DNA of 64,000 bases from an uncultured bacterium (GCA_963790795.1 CAWBPO010000001.1:332073-396072); one strand, 5' to 3'. Shown: positions 1 to 9,224, numbered from the stretch's first letter. Numbers and translations are program-made. Notes: generated by a model from the letters alone, not told the origin.

Positions 1-737
1 CAGAAAGATTAAAAGAGGAATTCGGTCTGAATCTCGTCATTTCCACACCTTCGGTTGTTTTCAAAATTATCAATCAGAGAAGCAAAGAAGTTTTTGTTTT
101 TTCTCCTTCTGATTGGCCTGATCCTTCGGAAATTAAAGAAACCCAGGAATTATGGACAAGGCTGGAAATTATTTCTCCTTCGCAGTATCTTGGCAGGATT
201 CTGGAAATTTTAAGCAGCTTGAAGGGAAAATCAATTGAGACTAAATGTTTCGGTTTAGATAAAATCCTTTTAATTTACGAAGTTCCTTTGAAAGGGATTA
301 TTTCCGGTTTTTACGACAGTTTGAAAAGCGTGAGCCAGGGATTTGCTTCCATGAACTACGAGATTTTAGGATACAAAAAAGCTGACTTGGTGAAGCTGGA
401 GATTCTGATTGCCGGAAAAAAAGAAGAAGCTTTTTCAAAAATTGTCCAAAAAGAAGACGCTTTTAAAGAAGGCAAGAAAATGACAGAAAGGTTGAAAGAA
501 GTTCTGCCTCATCAGCTTTTCTCAGTTTCCATTCAGGCTGTTGTCGGCGGCAAAATAGTTGCCAGAGAAACTATTTCAGCCAGAAGAAGGGACGTCATCG
601 CTCCTTTGTACGGCGGCGATTACACCAGAAAAAGAAAGCTCCTGGAGAAACAGAAAAAAGGCAAGCAGGATTTAAAAGAAAAAGGAAGGGTGAGAATCCC
701 TCCCAGCGTGTTTTTGGAGATGTTCAAATCGGGCTGA
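1..737 (+). CDS. lepA: Elongation factor 4 (LepA), C-terminal portion; gene starts upstream of the window
   Basis: The frame is open from base 3 to TGA at 735-737. The translation ERLKEEFGLNLVISTPSVVFKI...SIQAVVGGKIVARETISARRRDVIAPLYGGDYTRKRKLLEKQKKGK is recognisably the LepA C-terminal region. Confidence 0.85.
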   Translation, partial: ERLKEEFGLNLVISTPSVVFKIINQRSKEVFVFSPSDWPDPSEIKETQELWTRLEIISPSQYLGRILEILSSLKGKSIETKCFGLDKILLIYEVPLKGIISGFYDSLKSVSQGFASMNYEILGYKKADLVKLEILIAGKKEEAFSKIVQKEDAFKEGKKMTERLKEVLPHQLFSVSIQAVVGGKIVARETISARRRDVIAPLYGGDYTRKRKLLEKQKKGKQDLKEKGRVRIPPSVFLEMFKSG

Positions 738-766
738 TTTCATGCTAAGATTAGACAGAAATAAAG

Positions 767-862
767 CTAAAGCAGGGGCGCTATTGTAAAGGCGAGCATG
801 CTTAAAACCACCAGAGATATCAGGATAATCCAAATTGTTTTGAAAATTGTTTTGGGCTTCAT
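767..862 (-). CDS. Possible 31-aa hydrophobic peptide (MKPKTIFKTIWIILISLVVLSMLAFTIAPLL), near-leaderless
   Basis: Below the 60-aa cutoff of the ORF track. An extended -10 TGGTATAGT (minus strand, 878-870) lies 7 nt upstream of the ATG at 862. The same 11-mer AGTGGTATAGT precedes dacA. No family recognised. Confidence 0.25.
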   Translation of the reverse strand: MKPKTIFKTIWIILISLVVLSMLAFTIAPLL

Positions 863-880
863 TTTCATAACTATACCACT

Positions 881-1300
881 ATGATAGCAAAAAACAGGAA
901 GATAAAAAAGGATAAAAGATTTCAAAGTATATTTTTTTCTGTTTTAATCGGTGTTTTCCTTTCTGCTGTCATTGGTTTTTTCATTGTTTCCAATTTGAGG
1001 ATAAGTCAGAAAAGGGGAGAGTTGGTTGAAAAGACAGAAGAGCTGAAAAAAGAAGTTCAATTGCTGGAAGAGAGGAACGAACAATTGAAGTCAGGAATTA
1101 CCCAGACAGAGAGCGATGCTTACTGGGAAGCCAAACTCAGGGAGCAGGGGTATAAAAAGCCCGGGGAGGAAGCAGTAGTCGTTATTCCGCCGGAAGAAAA
1201 GAACGATTCTGCTGGTTCCGGTGAGAACAATATTTTTGAGAATTTGTTAAATTTTATCAGGAATTTCTGGGAGAGCTTATCTGAGAAAATCGGATTTTAA
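881..1300 (+). CDS. Septum-formation-initiator-like (FtsB/DivIC-type) single-pass coiled-coil protein
   Basis: 139 aa with a basic N-terminus, one TM helix (IFFSVLIGVFLSAVIGFFIV), then a coiled coil (ELVEKTEELKKEVQLLEERNEQLK) and WEAKLREQGYKKPGE, typical of this family. Confidence 0.55.
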   Translation: MIAKNRKIKKDKRFQSIFFSVLIGVFLSAVIGFFIVSNLRISQKRGELVEKTEELKKEVQLLEERNEQLKSGITQTESDAYWEAKLREQGYKKPGEEAVVVIPPEEKNDSAGSGENNIFENLLNFIRNFWESLSEKIGF

Positions 1301-1305
1301 TTATT

Positions 1306-1376
1306 GCGAGAGTGGTTCAGTGGCAGAATGGTTCCTTCCCAAGGAACAGATGGGGGTTCGATTCCCCTCTCTCGCT
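1306..1376 (+). tRNA. tRNA-Gly (anticodon CCC)
   Basis: Cloverleaf by eye: acceptor GCGAGAG/CTCTCGC, anticodon arm GTTCC-TTCCCAA-GGAAC, T arm GGGGG-TTCGATT-CCCCT. 71 nt, no encoded CCA. Confidence 0.9.
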
Positions 1377-1404
1377 TAAGTAAAAAATTTGATATTTAAA
1401 GTTT

Positions 1405-3198
1405 ATGATTTTTTCATCCAATTCGCAAAAAGGTTTTTCTCTCATGGAAGTTCTTATTGGAGTTGCTGTATTTATCATTATTGCAGCAAGCGTGTATCAA
1501 GTTTATGTGATGGTGATGGAGGCTGTTCGTGTTTCACGGTTTAAGATTACCGCAACTGCCCTTGCAAATGAACAATTTGAAATTGTGCGCAATCTTCCCT
1601 ATATTGATGTTGGTGTAGCAGGAGGAATTCCTTCAGGTAAAATTCCCCACACCCAAACGCTTACTCGAGACAACGTTTCGTTTACTGTAGAAACAGTTAT
1701 TCGTAATATTGATGATTCATTCGATGGAACTATCGGAGGTACTCCAAATGATATTTCTCCTGCTGACTATAAACTTGTTGAACTTGAAATTTCCTGTTCT
1801 TCTTCCAAAAATTTTCAACCGATTCGTTTTACTACTCAGGTAGCGTCAAAAGGACTCGAAACCGCCTCAACAAACGGCGCGCTTTTCGTTCAAGTATTTA
1901 ATGGAGTAGGGCAGCCAGTTCAGGGTGCAGATGTACATATTGAAAATAATCAAGTCATTCCCCCGATTATTATTGACGATAATACAAATAATGACGGGAT
2001 GCTCCAAATTGTTGATGTTCTCCCAGGAGTAGAAGCATACGAAATTAAAGTATCTAAATTTGAATATTCTGAAGATCGCACCTATCCAACTGGCGCCCCT
2101 GAAAATCCCAATCCAGTAAAGCCTCACGCGACAGTAGCTCTTCAACAGTTAACACAAATAAGTTTCGCAATTGATCGTACAAGTATTCTTGATGTTTCAA
2201 GTATAACTCAAACATGTGTTCCAGTTGGCGATATTGACTTTTCTCTCCAAGGATCAAAAATTATTGGAACAAACCCAGATATATTAAAGTATAATAGCAC
2301 ACACATAACTGATGAATCGGGACAAAACACGATCACAAACCTTGAATGGGATACTTATAATTTCTCTATTACCGATACTGCCTATGACCTTGCCGGCGCT
2401 ATTCCCTTAGTGCCTCTCATTCTTAATCCAAACACCAATCAAGATATTAAATTTATCGTAGAGCCTAAGAATCCGCAAGCACTTCTTGTCACCGTCAAAG
2501 ATGAGGGCACTCAACTTCCACTTTCTGATGCAAGCGTGCAACTCCGTAGTACTGGCTACGATGTAACACTTACTACGGGTCGCGGGTTTCTTCGTCAAAC
2601 CGATTGGTCGGGAGGTGCGGGCCAGGAAAATTTTGTTGATCCGGCAAAATATTTTACATCCGATGGAAATATAGAAGTAACAAATCCTGTAGGCGAATTA
2701 CGATTAAAAAAAGTATTTGACCAGTATGAATCGTCAGGATATCTTATATCTTCCACTTTTGATACAGGTTCTCCATCAAGTTTTCATCAGATTATTTGGC
2801 AGCCACAAGATCAGTCGCCAGAAACCGGTCCTGACAGCGTAAAGTTTCAGATCGCAACAAATAACGATAATGTCACTTGGAATTTCCTTGGCCCGGACGG
2901 CACGTCAAATACCTTCTACACACTCGCTAATCCCATTATTAATTCTCTTCACAATAACGATAGATATCTTCGCTATAAAGTATTCCTTCAAACTGCAGAC
3001 ACTGCCTATACTCCAAATATAGCAGAGGTTGCCATCACTTTTACTTCTTCATGCGTACCGCCAGGACAAGTATTCTTCACAGGATTAGATTTTGGAGATT
3101 ACGACTTGATAATATCAAAAAGCGGCTATCAGACGTTTAATGATACCGTTACTATTTCTGCTTCATGGCAGCAGCGTGAAGTATTGCTTGCCCCATAA
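1405..3198 (+). CDS. Large type IV pilin-like (pseudopilin) protein, 597 aa
   Basis: The N-terminus MIFSSNSQKGFSLMEVLIGVAVFIIIAASVY carries the prepilin cleavage/methylation motif (G|FSLxE plus a hydrophobic helix). The long body is beta-rich. Confidence 0.8.
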   Translation: MIFSSNSQKGFSLMEVLIGVAVFIIIAASVYQVYVMVMEAVRVSRFKITATALANEQFEIVRNLPYIDVGVAGGIPSGKIPHTQTLTRDNVSFTVETVIRNIDDSFDGTIGGTPNDISPADYKLVELEISCSSSKNFQPIRFTTQVASKGLETASTNGALFVQVFNGVGQPVQGADVHIENNQVIPPIIIDDNTNNDGMLQIVDVLPGVEAYEIKVSKFEYSEDRTYPTGAPENPNPVKPHATVALQQLTQISFAIDRTSILDVSSITQTCVPVGDIDFSLQGSKIIGTNPDILKYNSTHITDESGQNTITNLEWDTYNFSITDTAYDLAGAIPLVPLILNPNTNQDIKFIVEPKNPQALLVTVKDEGTQLPLSDASVQLRSTGYDVTLTTGRGFLRQTDWSGGAGQENFVDPAKYFTSDGNIEVTNPVGELRLKKVFDQYESSGYLISSTFDTGSPSSFHQIIWQPQDQSPETGPDSVKFQIATNNDNVTWNFLGPDGTSNTFYTLANPIINSLHNNDRYLRYKVFLQTADTAYTPNIAEVAITFTSSCVPPGQVFFTGLDFGDYDLIISKSGYQTFNDTVTISASWQQREVLLAP

Positions 3199-3202
3199 GC
3201 CC

Positions 3203-3823
3203 ATGATTTTTCAAAATCAACAAAAACTTAGATCCGGATTTTCTATTATTGAAGTGCTTGTAGCGATTTTTATTCTATCTTTAGTCGGAGCAGCGGTCGT
3301 TACGTTTCAGAAGGATGTTTTTTCTCTAAATACAATTATTTCCAACAGTTTGACAGCGCAGGACGAAGCCAGAAGAACTTTAAAGATGATGACAGCTGAG
3401 ATACGTCCCTTATCGCCTTCAAGTGTTGGCGCTTATCCAATCGCAGAAGCCGATCCAACTTCATTTATCTTCTACAGCGATATTGACAATGACCAACTTA
3501 AAGAACAGGTTCGGTATTTTCTTGACGGACCAATTCTGAAAAAAGGAGTTATTAAACCATCAGGAGCCCCGCTTGCCTATAATCCAGCAAATGAAATTAT
3601 AAGTGAAGTAATCCACGATGTTGCAAATGGCGCAACCCCAATTTTTAATTACTATGATACAAATTACGACGGCACAACACCTCCACTTGCGCAGCCGGTA
3701 GATATCCCCACGGTGAGATTAATCAAAATTACCATTGTGATTGATAAAGATTCTAACAGAGCTCCAGGTCCAATCACTTTAACCACTCAAGTTTCTATGA
3801 GGAATTTAAAGGATAACCTATGA
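3203..3823 (+). CDS. Type IV pilin-like (pseudopilin) protein
   Basis: The ATG at 3203 gives MIFQNQQKLRSGFSIIEVLVAIFILSLVGAAV (G|FSIIE prepilin motif). The 3140 start in the ORF track would overlap the upstream gene. Confidence 0.8.
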   Translation: MIFQNQQKLRSGFSIIEVLVAIFILSLVGAAVVTFQKDVFSLNTIISNSLTAQDEARRTLKMMTAEIRPLSPSSVGAYPIAEADPTSFIFYSDIDNDQLKEQVRYFLDGPILKKGVIKPSGAPLAYNPANEIISEVIHDVANGATPIFNYYDTNYDGTTPPLAQPVDIPTVRLIKITIVIDKDSNRAPGPITLTTQVSMRNLKDNL

Positions 3824-5226
3824 AAAAAATAAATCAAGGTCAAATTCTTATCCAGGCGCTTGTTTTTGGAGCAATTGCAGCTTTTTTTGTCTCAGGACTT
3901 GTCAGTTGGTTTACTATTAGTTATAAAGCTTCGCGTCAAACATTTAATCGCGAACAAGCAATACAAATTGCAGAAGCAGGAATTGATTATTACCGTTGGC
4001 ACTTAGCGCACGCGCCCCAAGATTATCAAGATGGTACTGGCGGACCGGGACCTTATATCCACGACTTCCACGACAAAGATGGAAATATCATCGGGCAATT
4101 TACTCTTAATATTACTCCGCCGCCCTTAGATTCGACCTTGGTAACCGTTGAATCAACAGGAAAGGTGAGTGCCGATACGAATATTTCACGGGGTATTACT
4201 GTAAAATTAGCCAAGCCATCATTTGCGAAATTCGCATGGGTGCTAAACAGCGAATTCGTGAACTTTGGATCAGACGCCGAAGTGTTCGGTCCGATTCACT
4301 CAAATGTGGGAATCCGTTTCGACGGCCTTGCTCACAATATTATTACTAGCGCTGTTGCTGATTATAACGACCCTGACCATACTGGAGCAAATGAGTTTGG
4401 CGTTCATACTCACGGAAACACTTTAGATCCTGGGTCAGATCCTTTGCCGCCCTCATCCGTTCCAATTCGTCCTCTAATATTTGAGGCAGGACGTCAATTT
4501 CCTGTTCCTGCGGTTGATTTTACCGGGATAACCGTGGATTTGAAAGATATGAAAACGGACGCGAAAGATAACGGAGTGTATCTTAGCAACTCCGGGGCTT
4601 TAGGATATCGCATCAATTTACTTACAAACGATACATTTGACGTCTACCGCGTCAATTCCGTTATAGCTCCTTGTGGCGGAGCGACCACCTGGAGCATTTC
4701 GGGCAAGACGTTTCTCAAAAATTATCCGAATCCTACTAATGGTATTATTTTCGTAGAAGATCACATATGGGTGGAGGGACAAATTAATACTGCGCGTCTT
4801 ACTATTGCTTCTGGCCGTTTTCCTGATAATCCTTCGACACGCACGAATATCATTGCGAACAGTGACTTGCTCTACACAAATTATGACGGGAGTGACACCA
4901 TCGGACTTATTGCGCAAGGTAACTTTTATGTGGGTCTCAAAAGCGAAGATGATCTTCGCGTTGATGCTGCAATTATCGCGCAGAACGGTTACGTACGGCG
5001 GCTAAGTTACTCAAGTTCATCATGCGGTTCTACGCGAGAGCGTTCTCTTTTTACGAGCTACGGGATACTCGGTTCGAATCTTCGGCCCGCATTTGCTTAT
5101 TCATCATCGAACGGGTATCAAAGCCGGGTTTATATATACGATGCAAATTTACTTTATGGCCCGCCGCCGAGCTTTCCTTTAACTTCTGATCAATATGTAA
5201 CGCTTTCTTGGGAAGAAGTAAAATAA
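3820..5226 (+). CDS. Pilus-associated protein, PilX-like N-terminal anchor (tentative)
   Basis: ATGA overlap with the previous gene. The N-terminus MKKINQGQILIQALVFGAIAAFFVSGLVSWF resembles PilX-type anchors. 468 aa. Context is a pseudopilin operon. Confidence 0.5.
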   Translation: MKKINQGQILIQALVFGAIAAFFVSGLVSWFTISYKASRQTFNREQAIQIAEAGIDYYRWHLAHAPQDYQDGTGGPGPYIHDFHDKDGNIIGQFTLNITPPPLDSTLVTVESTGKVSADTNISRGITVKLAKPSFAKFAWVLNSEFVNFGSDAEVFGPIHSNVGIRFDGLAHNIITSAVADYNDPDHTGANEFGVHTHGNTLDPGSDPLPPSSVPIRPLIFEAGRQFPVPAVDFTGITVDLKDMKTDAKDNGVYLSNSGALGYRINLLTNDTFDVYRVNSVIAPCGGATTWSISGKTFLKNYPNPTNGIIFVEDHIWVEGQINTARLTIASGRFPDNPSTRTNIIANSDLLYTNYDGSDTIGLIAQGNFYVGLKSEDDLRVDAAIIAQNGYVRRLSYSSSSCGSTRERSLFTSYGILGSNLRPAFAYSSSNGYQSRVYIYDANLLYGPPPSFPLTSDQYVTLSWEEVK

Positions 5227-5294
5227 TTGTTGATTTTCGCCTTTTCTAATGATAAGCTCGGTATTAGGTTCTAATGTCATTCACTATCCCGCTC

Positions 5295-5365
5295 GCCGCC
5301 TTAGCTTAGTGGCAAAGCAATGGTTTCGTAAACCATCGATGTCAGTTCGATTCTGGCAGGCGGCT
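5295..5365 (+). tRNA. tRNA-Thr (anticodon CGT)
   Basis: Acceptor GCCGCCT/AGGCGGC, anticodon arm ATGGT-TTCGTAA-ACCAT, T loop TTCGATT. 71 nt. Confidence 0.9.
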
Positions 5366-5432
5366 TATAACTTTATCTTTTAAGCAAGACTATTGAGGTT
5401 AGTCTTTAACAAGCCGTCTTTTAATTAGAAAG

Positions 5433-5460
5433 TTGCTTTTTTTATTGAATGTGGTAATAT
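5433..5460 (+). promoter_or_regulatory. Predicted sigma70-type promoter for ORF 5488
   Basis: TTGCTT (5433-5438), 16-nt spacer ending in TGG, then TAATAT (5455-5460). The SD AAGGAGGTG (5474-5482) follows. Confidence 0.5.
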
Positions 5461-5487
5461 ATAAAATCTTAGCAAGGAGGTGGTATC

Positions 5488-5724
5488 ATGCCAGACACAA
5501 CTTTGGATCAACTAGTTGCTACCGTTGGTTTTTCAAGTTGGGATGAGGCGATGCAAGCAATTTGCGAAAAGTGCAGCCTGAAGTTACAGTGCGCTGGAAA
5601 GCAGGAATGCGCCGCTAGAAAGGCTTTAGGAGTATTAGGGAGTATTGCTGCCACAGATACAGTACAGGTACATCTTTTCGCAAAGAACCTCAAAGGGGCG
5701 CTAAATAATGTTCATAACAGTTGA
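5488..5724 (+). CDS. Hypothetical small protein, 78 aa
   Basis: GGAGG core 7 nt upstream of the ATG, its own promoter, and a hairpin plus T-run at about 5739-5776. Cys-rich patch CEKCSLKLQCAGKQEC. No family recognised. Confidence 0.6.
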   Translation: MPDTTLDQLVATVGFSSWDEAMQAICEKCSLKLQCAGKQECAARKALGVLGSIAATDTVQVHLFAKNLKGALNNVHNS

Positions 5725-5799
5725 TCCGGTAGTCAAGAGAGCCTTTGACGTATATGTCGAGGCTCCCTTATTTTTATAAATAGATTAATTCGAGAGGAC

Positions 5800-5827
5800 T
5801 TGATTTTTTTATTGAATATGGTAGTAT
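5800..5827 (+). promoter_or_regulatory. Predicted sigma70-type promoter for ORF 5855 (near-copy of the 5433 promoter)
   Basis: TTGATT (5800-5805), 16 nt, then TAGTAT (5822-5827). The downstream 5' UTR and SD are about 80% identical to 5439-5487. Confidence 0.5.
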
Positions 5828-5854
5828 ATAAAATTATAAGCAAGGAGGGTTGAG

Positions 5855-6235
5855 ATGAAAACTGTAAAATGGCATTCTTGGAAAGGTATTCTCTACGGAG
5901 ATACAGGGAGGTTCAAGTTCTGGTCAGCGCAAATAACAGGAGAAGGCGATGAGAATTTGTCAAAGGATGCTCCCATGAAAGACTGGAAGAAAGTCGTTGT
6001 TCTCAGACCTTTGGGCAACCCGGAAACTGTTTTTGCCATAGGATTCAGCAACAAATTTGGCAGCACCAAAATATCTACTGCTCCCAGAAAGATAAAAGAA
6101 GGACCTTTTGGAATGAGAATGGGAGCAGAGGATTGCCAGTTCTTTATCACCAGCAACACAGAGGCAGTAAAGCTTGAGTTAGTAGGATATGTTGACGTGG
6201 ATGATAAGTCACAAGCTAACCTATCTTTATACTAA
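5855..6235 (+). CDS. Hypothetical protein, 126 aa
   Basis: SD AAGGAGGG 6 nt upstream of the ATG. No family recognised. Confidence 0.6.
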   Translation: MKTVKWHSWKGILYGDTGRFKFWSAQITGEGDENLSKDAPMKDWKKVVVLRPLGNPETVFAIGFSNKFGSTKISTAPRKIKEGPFGMRMGAEDCQFFITSNTEAVKLELVGYVDVDDKSQANLSLY

Positions 6236-6252
6236 GTGAGGAGGATATTTTG

Positions 6253-6468
6253 ATGGCTAAAATAGAAGGGCCTAAAATGCCCGACAAGGTAGATTTTTCT
6301 AGCAAGAATCCCAGAGTTAGAGAGATAAAAAGAATACTCCGAAAAGCCATAAAAGCAATTGAAGCCGGTCATAAAAAGGCCGTTCATAGTACCTTGCCGC
6401 CGTTTAAGACTTCATGTAGAGACGCTGGATTATCCGGCGCCTCTTTTAATTTTTTTTTAAAATGCTAA
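6253..6468 (+). CDS. Hypothetical basic small protein, 71 aa
   Basis: SD GAGGAGG at 6238-6244. The ORF track starts at TTG 6250, but ATG 6253 is more likely. No family recognised. Confidence 0.5.
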   Translation: MAKIEGPKMPDKVDFSSKNPRVREIKRILRKAIKAIEAGHKKAVHSTLPPFKTSCRDAGLSGASFNFFLKC

Positions 6469-6483
6469 GATATTAAAAGAAAT

Positions 6484-7571
6484 ATGATTTCGATTGCAGA
6501 GAAAATCGAACAATTACAGGAAAAGCTCCTCAAAATAGGAGACTGTCTTTGACGTAGCCAAAAAGAAAGAAATCATTGAAGAATTGGAAGGTCAAGCAGC
6601 AAAAACTGATTTTTGGCAGCAAAAAGAAAAAGCAATAGAAATCACTCAGAAGCTCAATGAGTTGAAAGAAGAGACAAAAGTGTTTGAAAGCTTAGTTAAG
6701 GAACTGGAAGATATTATAAAGTTGCAGAGCTTAGGTGAAAAAGAAGAAGAGCTGGAAAAAACAGTAAAGCAGTTTGAGATAAAGATGTCAAAAGAAGAGT
6801 TCAGGGTTTTTCTTTCCGGCAAATACGACAAAGGAGCAGCTATTTTATCAATTTATGCTGGAAGCGGAGGACAGGATGCGCAGGACTGGGCAACAATGCT
6901 TTTGAGAATGTATGAAAGACACTGCGTCTTTCAAAGGATTGCAATTCAAAATACTCAACCAGTCATTCGGTGAAGCAGGAGGCCCGGAAGGCAGAATCGG
7001 CACAAAATCTGTCAGTACAGAGATAAAGGGGAATTATGCTTTCGGCTTTTTAAAAAAGGAAACAGGAGTTCACAGATTGGTCAGAATTTCTCCTTTTTCA
7101 GCCAAATCGCTCCGTCATACTTCTTTTGCTCTGGTGGAGTTGTTGCCTGTGATTGAAAAAGAAGACGAAATTGAAATAAAGCCAGATGATTTGAAAATTG
7201 ATTTTTACCGCGCTTCAGGACCTGGCGGCCAGAATGTAAATAAAAGGGAAACTTCGGTCAGGATTACTCATTTGGTTAGTGGTGTTGTTGTTTCCTGCCA
7301 GTCAGAGAGGACGCAGGCCAGCAACAGGAAAAAAGCGATGATCATGCTTTCTTCAAAGCTTTACCAGATTCAGCAGGAAACAAAGCAAAAAGAATTATCA
7401 AAGGCAAAAGGAACAAAAATATCTGCCAGCTGGGGAAATCAGATAAGGTCATATGTTATTCATCCTTATAAACTGGTGAAAGACCTGCGTACAGGAGTTG
7501 AAACTTCCGCAGTTGAATCGGTTTTAGACGGAGATTTGGATAAATTCATTGAAAAAGAAATTAAATTATAA
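6484..7571 (+). CDS. prfB: Peptide chain release factor 2, with the programmed +1 frameshift plus one extra unexplained +1 frame break
   Basis: ATG 6484 gives MISIAEKIEQLQEKLLKIGDCL, then CTT TGA C at 6547-6553. The +1 frame continues DVAKKKEIIEELEGQAAKTDFW...AGSGGQDAQDWATMLLRMYER. A second +1 break lies within CACT at 6920-6923. After it the sequence reads ASFKGLQFKILNQSFGE...GVHRLVRISPF...SGPGGQNVNKRETSVRITH (GGQ motif). Confidence 0.9.
6538..6553 (+). promoter_or_regulatory. prfB autoregulatory +1 frameshift site
   Basis: GGAG (6538-6541), 5 nt, then CTT TGA C (6547-6553). This is the classical RF2 recoding cassette. Confidence 0.85.
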
Positions 7572-7572
7572 A

Positions 7573-8253
7573 ATGATAAAATTCAAAAACGTTAGTAAAA
7601 TTTATCCGCCCGACACTATTGCTTTAGAAGAAGTGTCTTTTGAGATTAGTCCCAAAGAGTTTGTTTGTCTTGTCGGCAAGTCAGGAGCTGGCAAGACCAC
7701 TTTGTTAAAGCTTTTGATGGCTGAAGAGCAGTCAACCAGCGGCAAGATTTTTTTTGATAATCAGGACATTCAGGAAATAAAACCTGAGAATATTCCTGAA
7801 TTAAGGAGAAAGATAGGAGCTGTTTTCCAGGATTACAAGCTCCTTCCTTCAAAAACAGCTTATGAGAACGTGGCTTATGCCATGGAAGTGATCGGCGCTT
7901 CTGACGAGGAAATTGCCAGAGATGTGACTGGGGTTCTGGACATTGTCGGTTTGACGAAAAAAGCATATAATTTCCCTGCCCAGCTTTCAGGCGGAGAAAG
8001 GCAGAAAGTGGCCATTGCCAGGGCTTTGATTCATCGTCCTGAAGTTATTCTAGCTGATGAGCCCACAGGCAACCTTGACCCTTACAACACTTTGGACATT
8101 ATACGATTGCTTTTAAAGATAAATGAGTTTGGCACGACTGTTATTTTATCCACCCACAACAGGGAAATAGTCAATTCTCTGGCTAAAAGAGCAATAACGC
8201 TTCACGAGGGCAAAATAATAAGAGACGAGAAAAAGGGACGTTTCATTTTATAG
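7573..8253 (+). CDS. ftsE: Cell-division ABC transporter ATP-binding protein FtsE
   Basis: MIKFKNVSKIYP..., Walker A GKSGAGKTT, signature LSGGERQKVAIARAL, Walker B ILADEPTGNLD. Followed by ftsX. Confidence 0.9.
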   Translation: MIKFKNVSKIYPPDTIALEEVSFEISPKEFVCLVGKSGAGKTTLLKLLMAEEQSTSGKIFFDNQDIQEIKPENIPELRRKIGAVFQDYKLLPSKTAYENVAYAMEVIGASDEEIARDVTGVLDIVGLTKKAYNFPAQLSGGERQKVAIARALIHRPEVILADEPTGNLDPYNTLDIIRLLLKINEFGTTVILSTHNREIVNSLAKRAITLHEGKIIRDEKKGRFIL

Positions 8254-8291
8254 CGAATTTTGTTCGATATATCGACTTCGTCGTTATAACT

Positions 8292-9200
8292 ATGTTTACT
8301 TTAATTAAAAGAATAATTCGTTTTGGCTGGCAGGGTTTGACAAGAGACGGCGGAATGATTTTCGCCAATATTTTCATTATGACAATGGCTATTTCCCTCG
8401 TCACTTCACTTTTTATTTTTAAGGATATCAGCCAGTTTTTGATTTCCAGCATTCAGGAGAAAGTTGACGTTTCCGTTTATTTCAAATACGAAACTTCAGA
8501 AGAAGACATATTGGGAGCTAAAGAAGAAATTGTTCAATTGCCCGAGGTCAAGGAAGTGAGTTACGTTTCAAGAGAACAAGCTCTTGAAAAATTCACTGAA
8601 ATGCATAAAGACGATGCTGTTTTAATGGAATCTCTGATAGAAGTCGGCACAAATCCTTTTTTGGCTTCTTTGGGCATCAGGGCTTCTCAAGCCAGCCAAT
8701 ATGAAGCCATAGTCAGTTTTTTGGAAAGTTCCAATTTGAATTATTTGATTGAAAAGATTGATTATTACCAGAGAAAGCCTGTGATTGACAGGATTTACGA
8801 TTTGACTTCAAGCTTCAATAAAATAGGTTTTGTTCTTTCTTTGATTTTAATAATTGCCGCGATATTGGTTGCTTTTAATTCTGTCAGATTGTCAATTTAC
8901 AATTCCAGGGAAGAGATAAAGATTCAGAAGCTGGTTGGCGCTTCAAACTGGTTTGTTAGAGGTCCTTTTCTGGCTCAGGGCGCAATCTGCGGGTTTTTTG
9001 CCGCTTTGGTTTCTCTTTTGCTTTTCTTTTTGCTCACTTTGGGGTTTAATTCGCAGGCAGAAGTGTTATTTCCGGGACTTGGTTTATTTGGTTTTTTTAT
9101 GAGTAATTTCTTTTTGATTCTTTTTATTCAATTGTTTACTGGGATACTTTTGGGTATTGTTTCCAGTTTGGTGGCGGTCAGAAGATATCTCAGAGTTTAA
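8292..9200 (+). CDS. ftsX: Cell-division permease-like protein FtsX
   Basis: 302 aa with an N-terminal TM, a periplasmic domain and three C-terminal TM helices containing the KLVGASNWFVRGPF motif. Lies directly after ftsE. Confidence 0.85.
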   Translation: MFTLIKRIIRFGWQGLTRDGGMIFANIFIMTMAISLVTSLFIFKDISQFLISSIQEKVDVSVYFKYETSEEDILGAKEEIVQLPEVKEVSYVSREQALEKFTEMHKDDAVLMESLIEVGTNPFLASLGIRASQASQYEAIVSFLESSNLNYLIEKIDYYQRKPVIDRIYDLTSSFNKIGFVLSLILIIAAILVAFNSVRLSIYNSREEIKIQKLVGASNWFVRGPFLAQGAICGFFAALVSLLLFFLLTLGFNSQAEVLFPGLGLFGFFMSNFFLILFIQLFTGILLGIVSSLVAVRRYLRV

Positions 9201-9224
9201 CTTGTGGTGAATTTATTGAACTAT

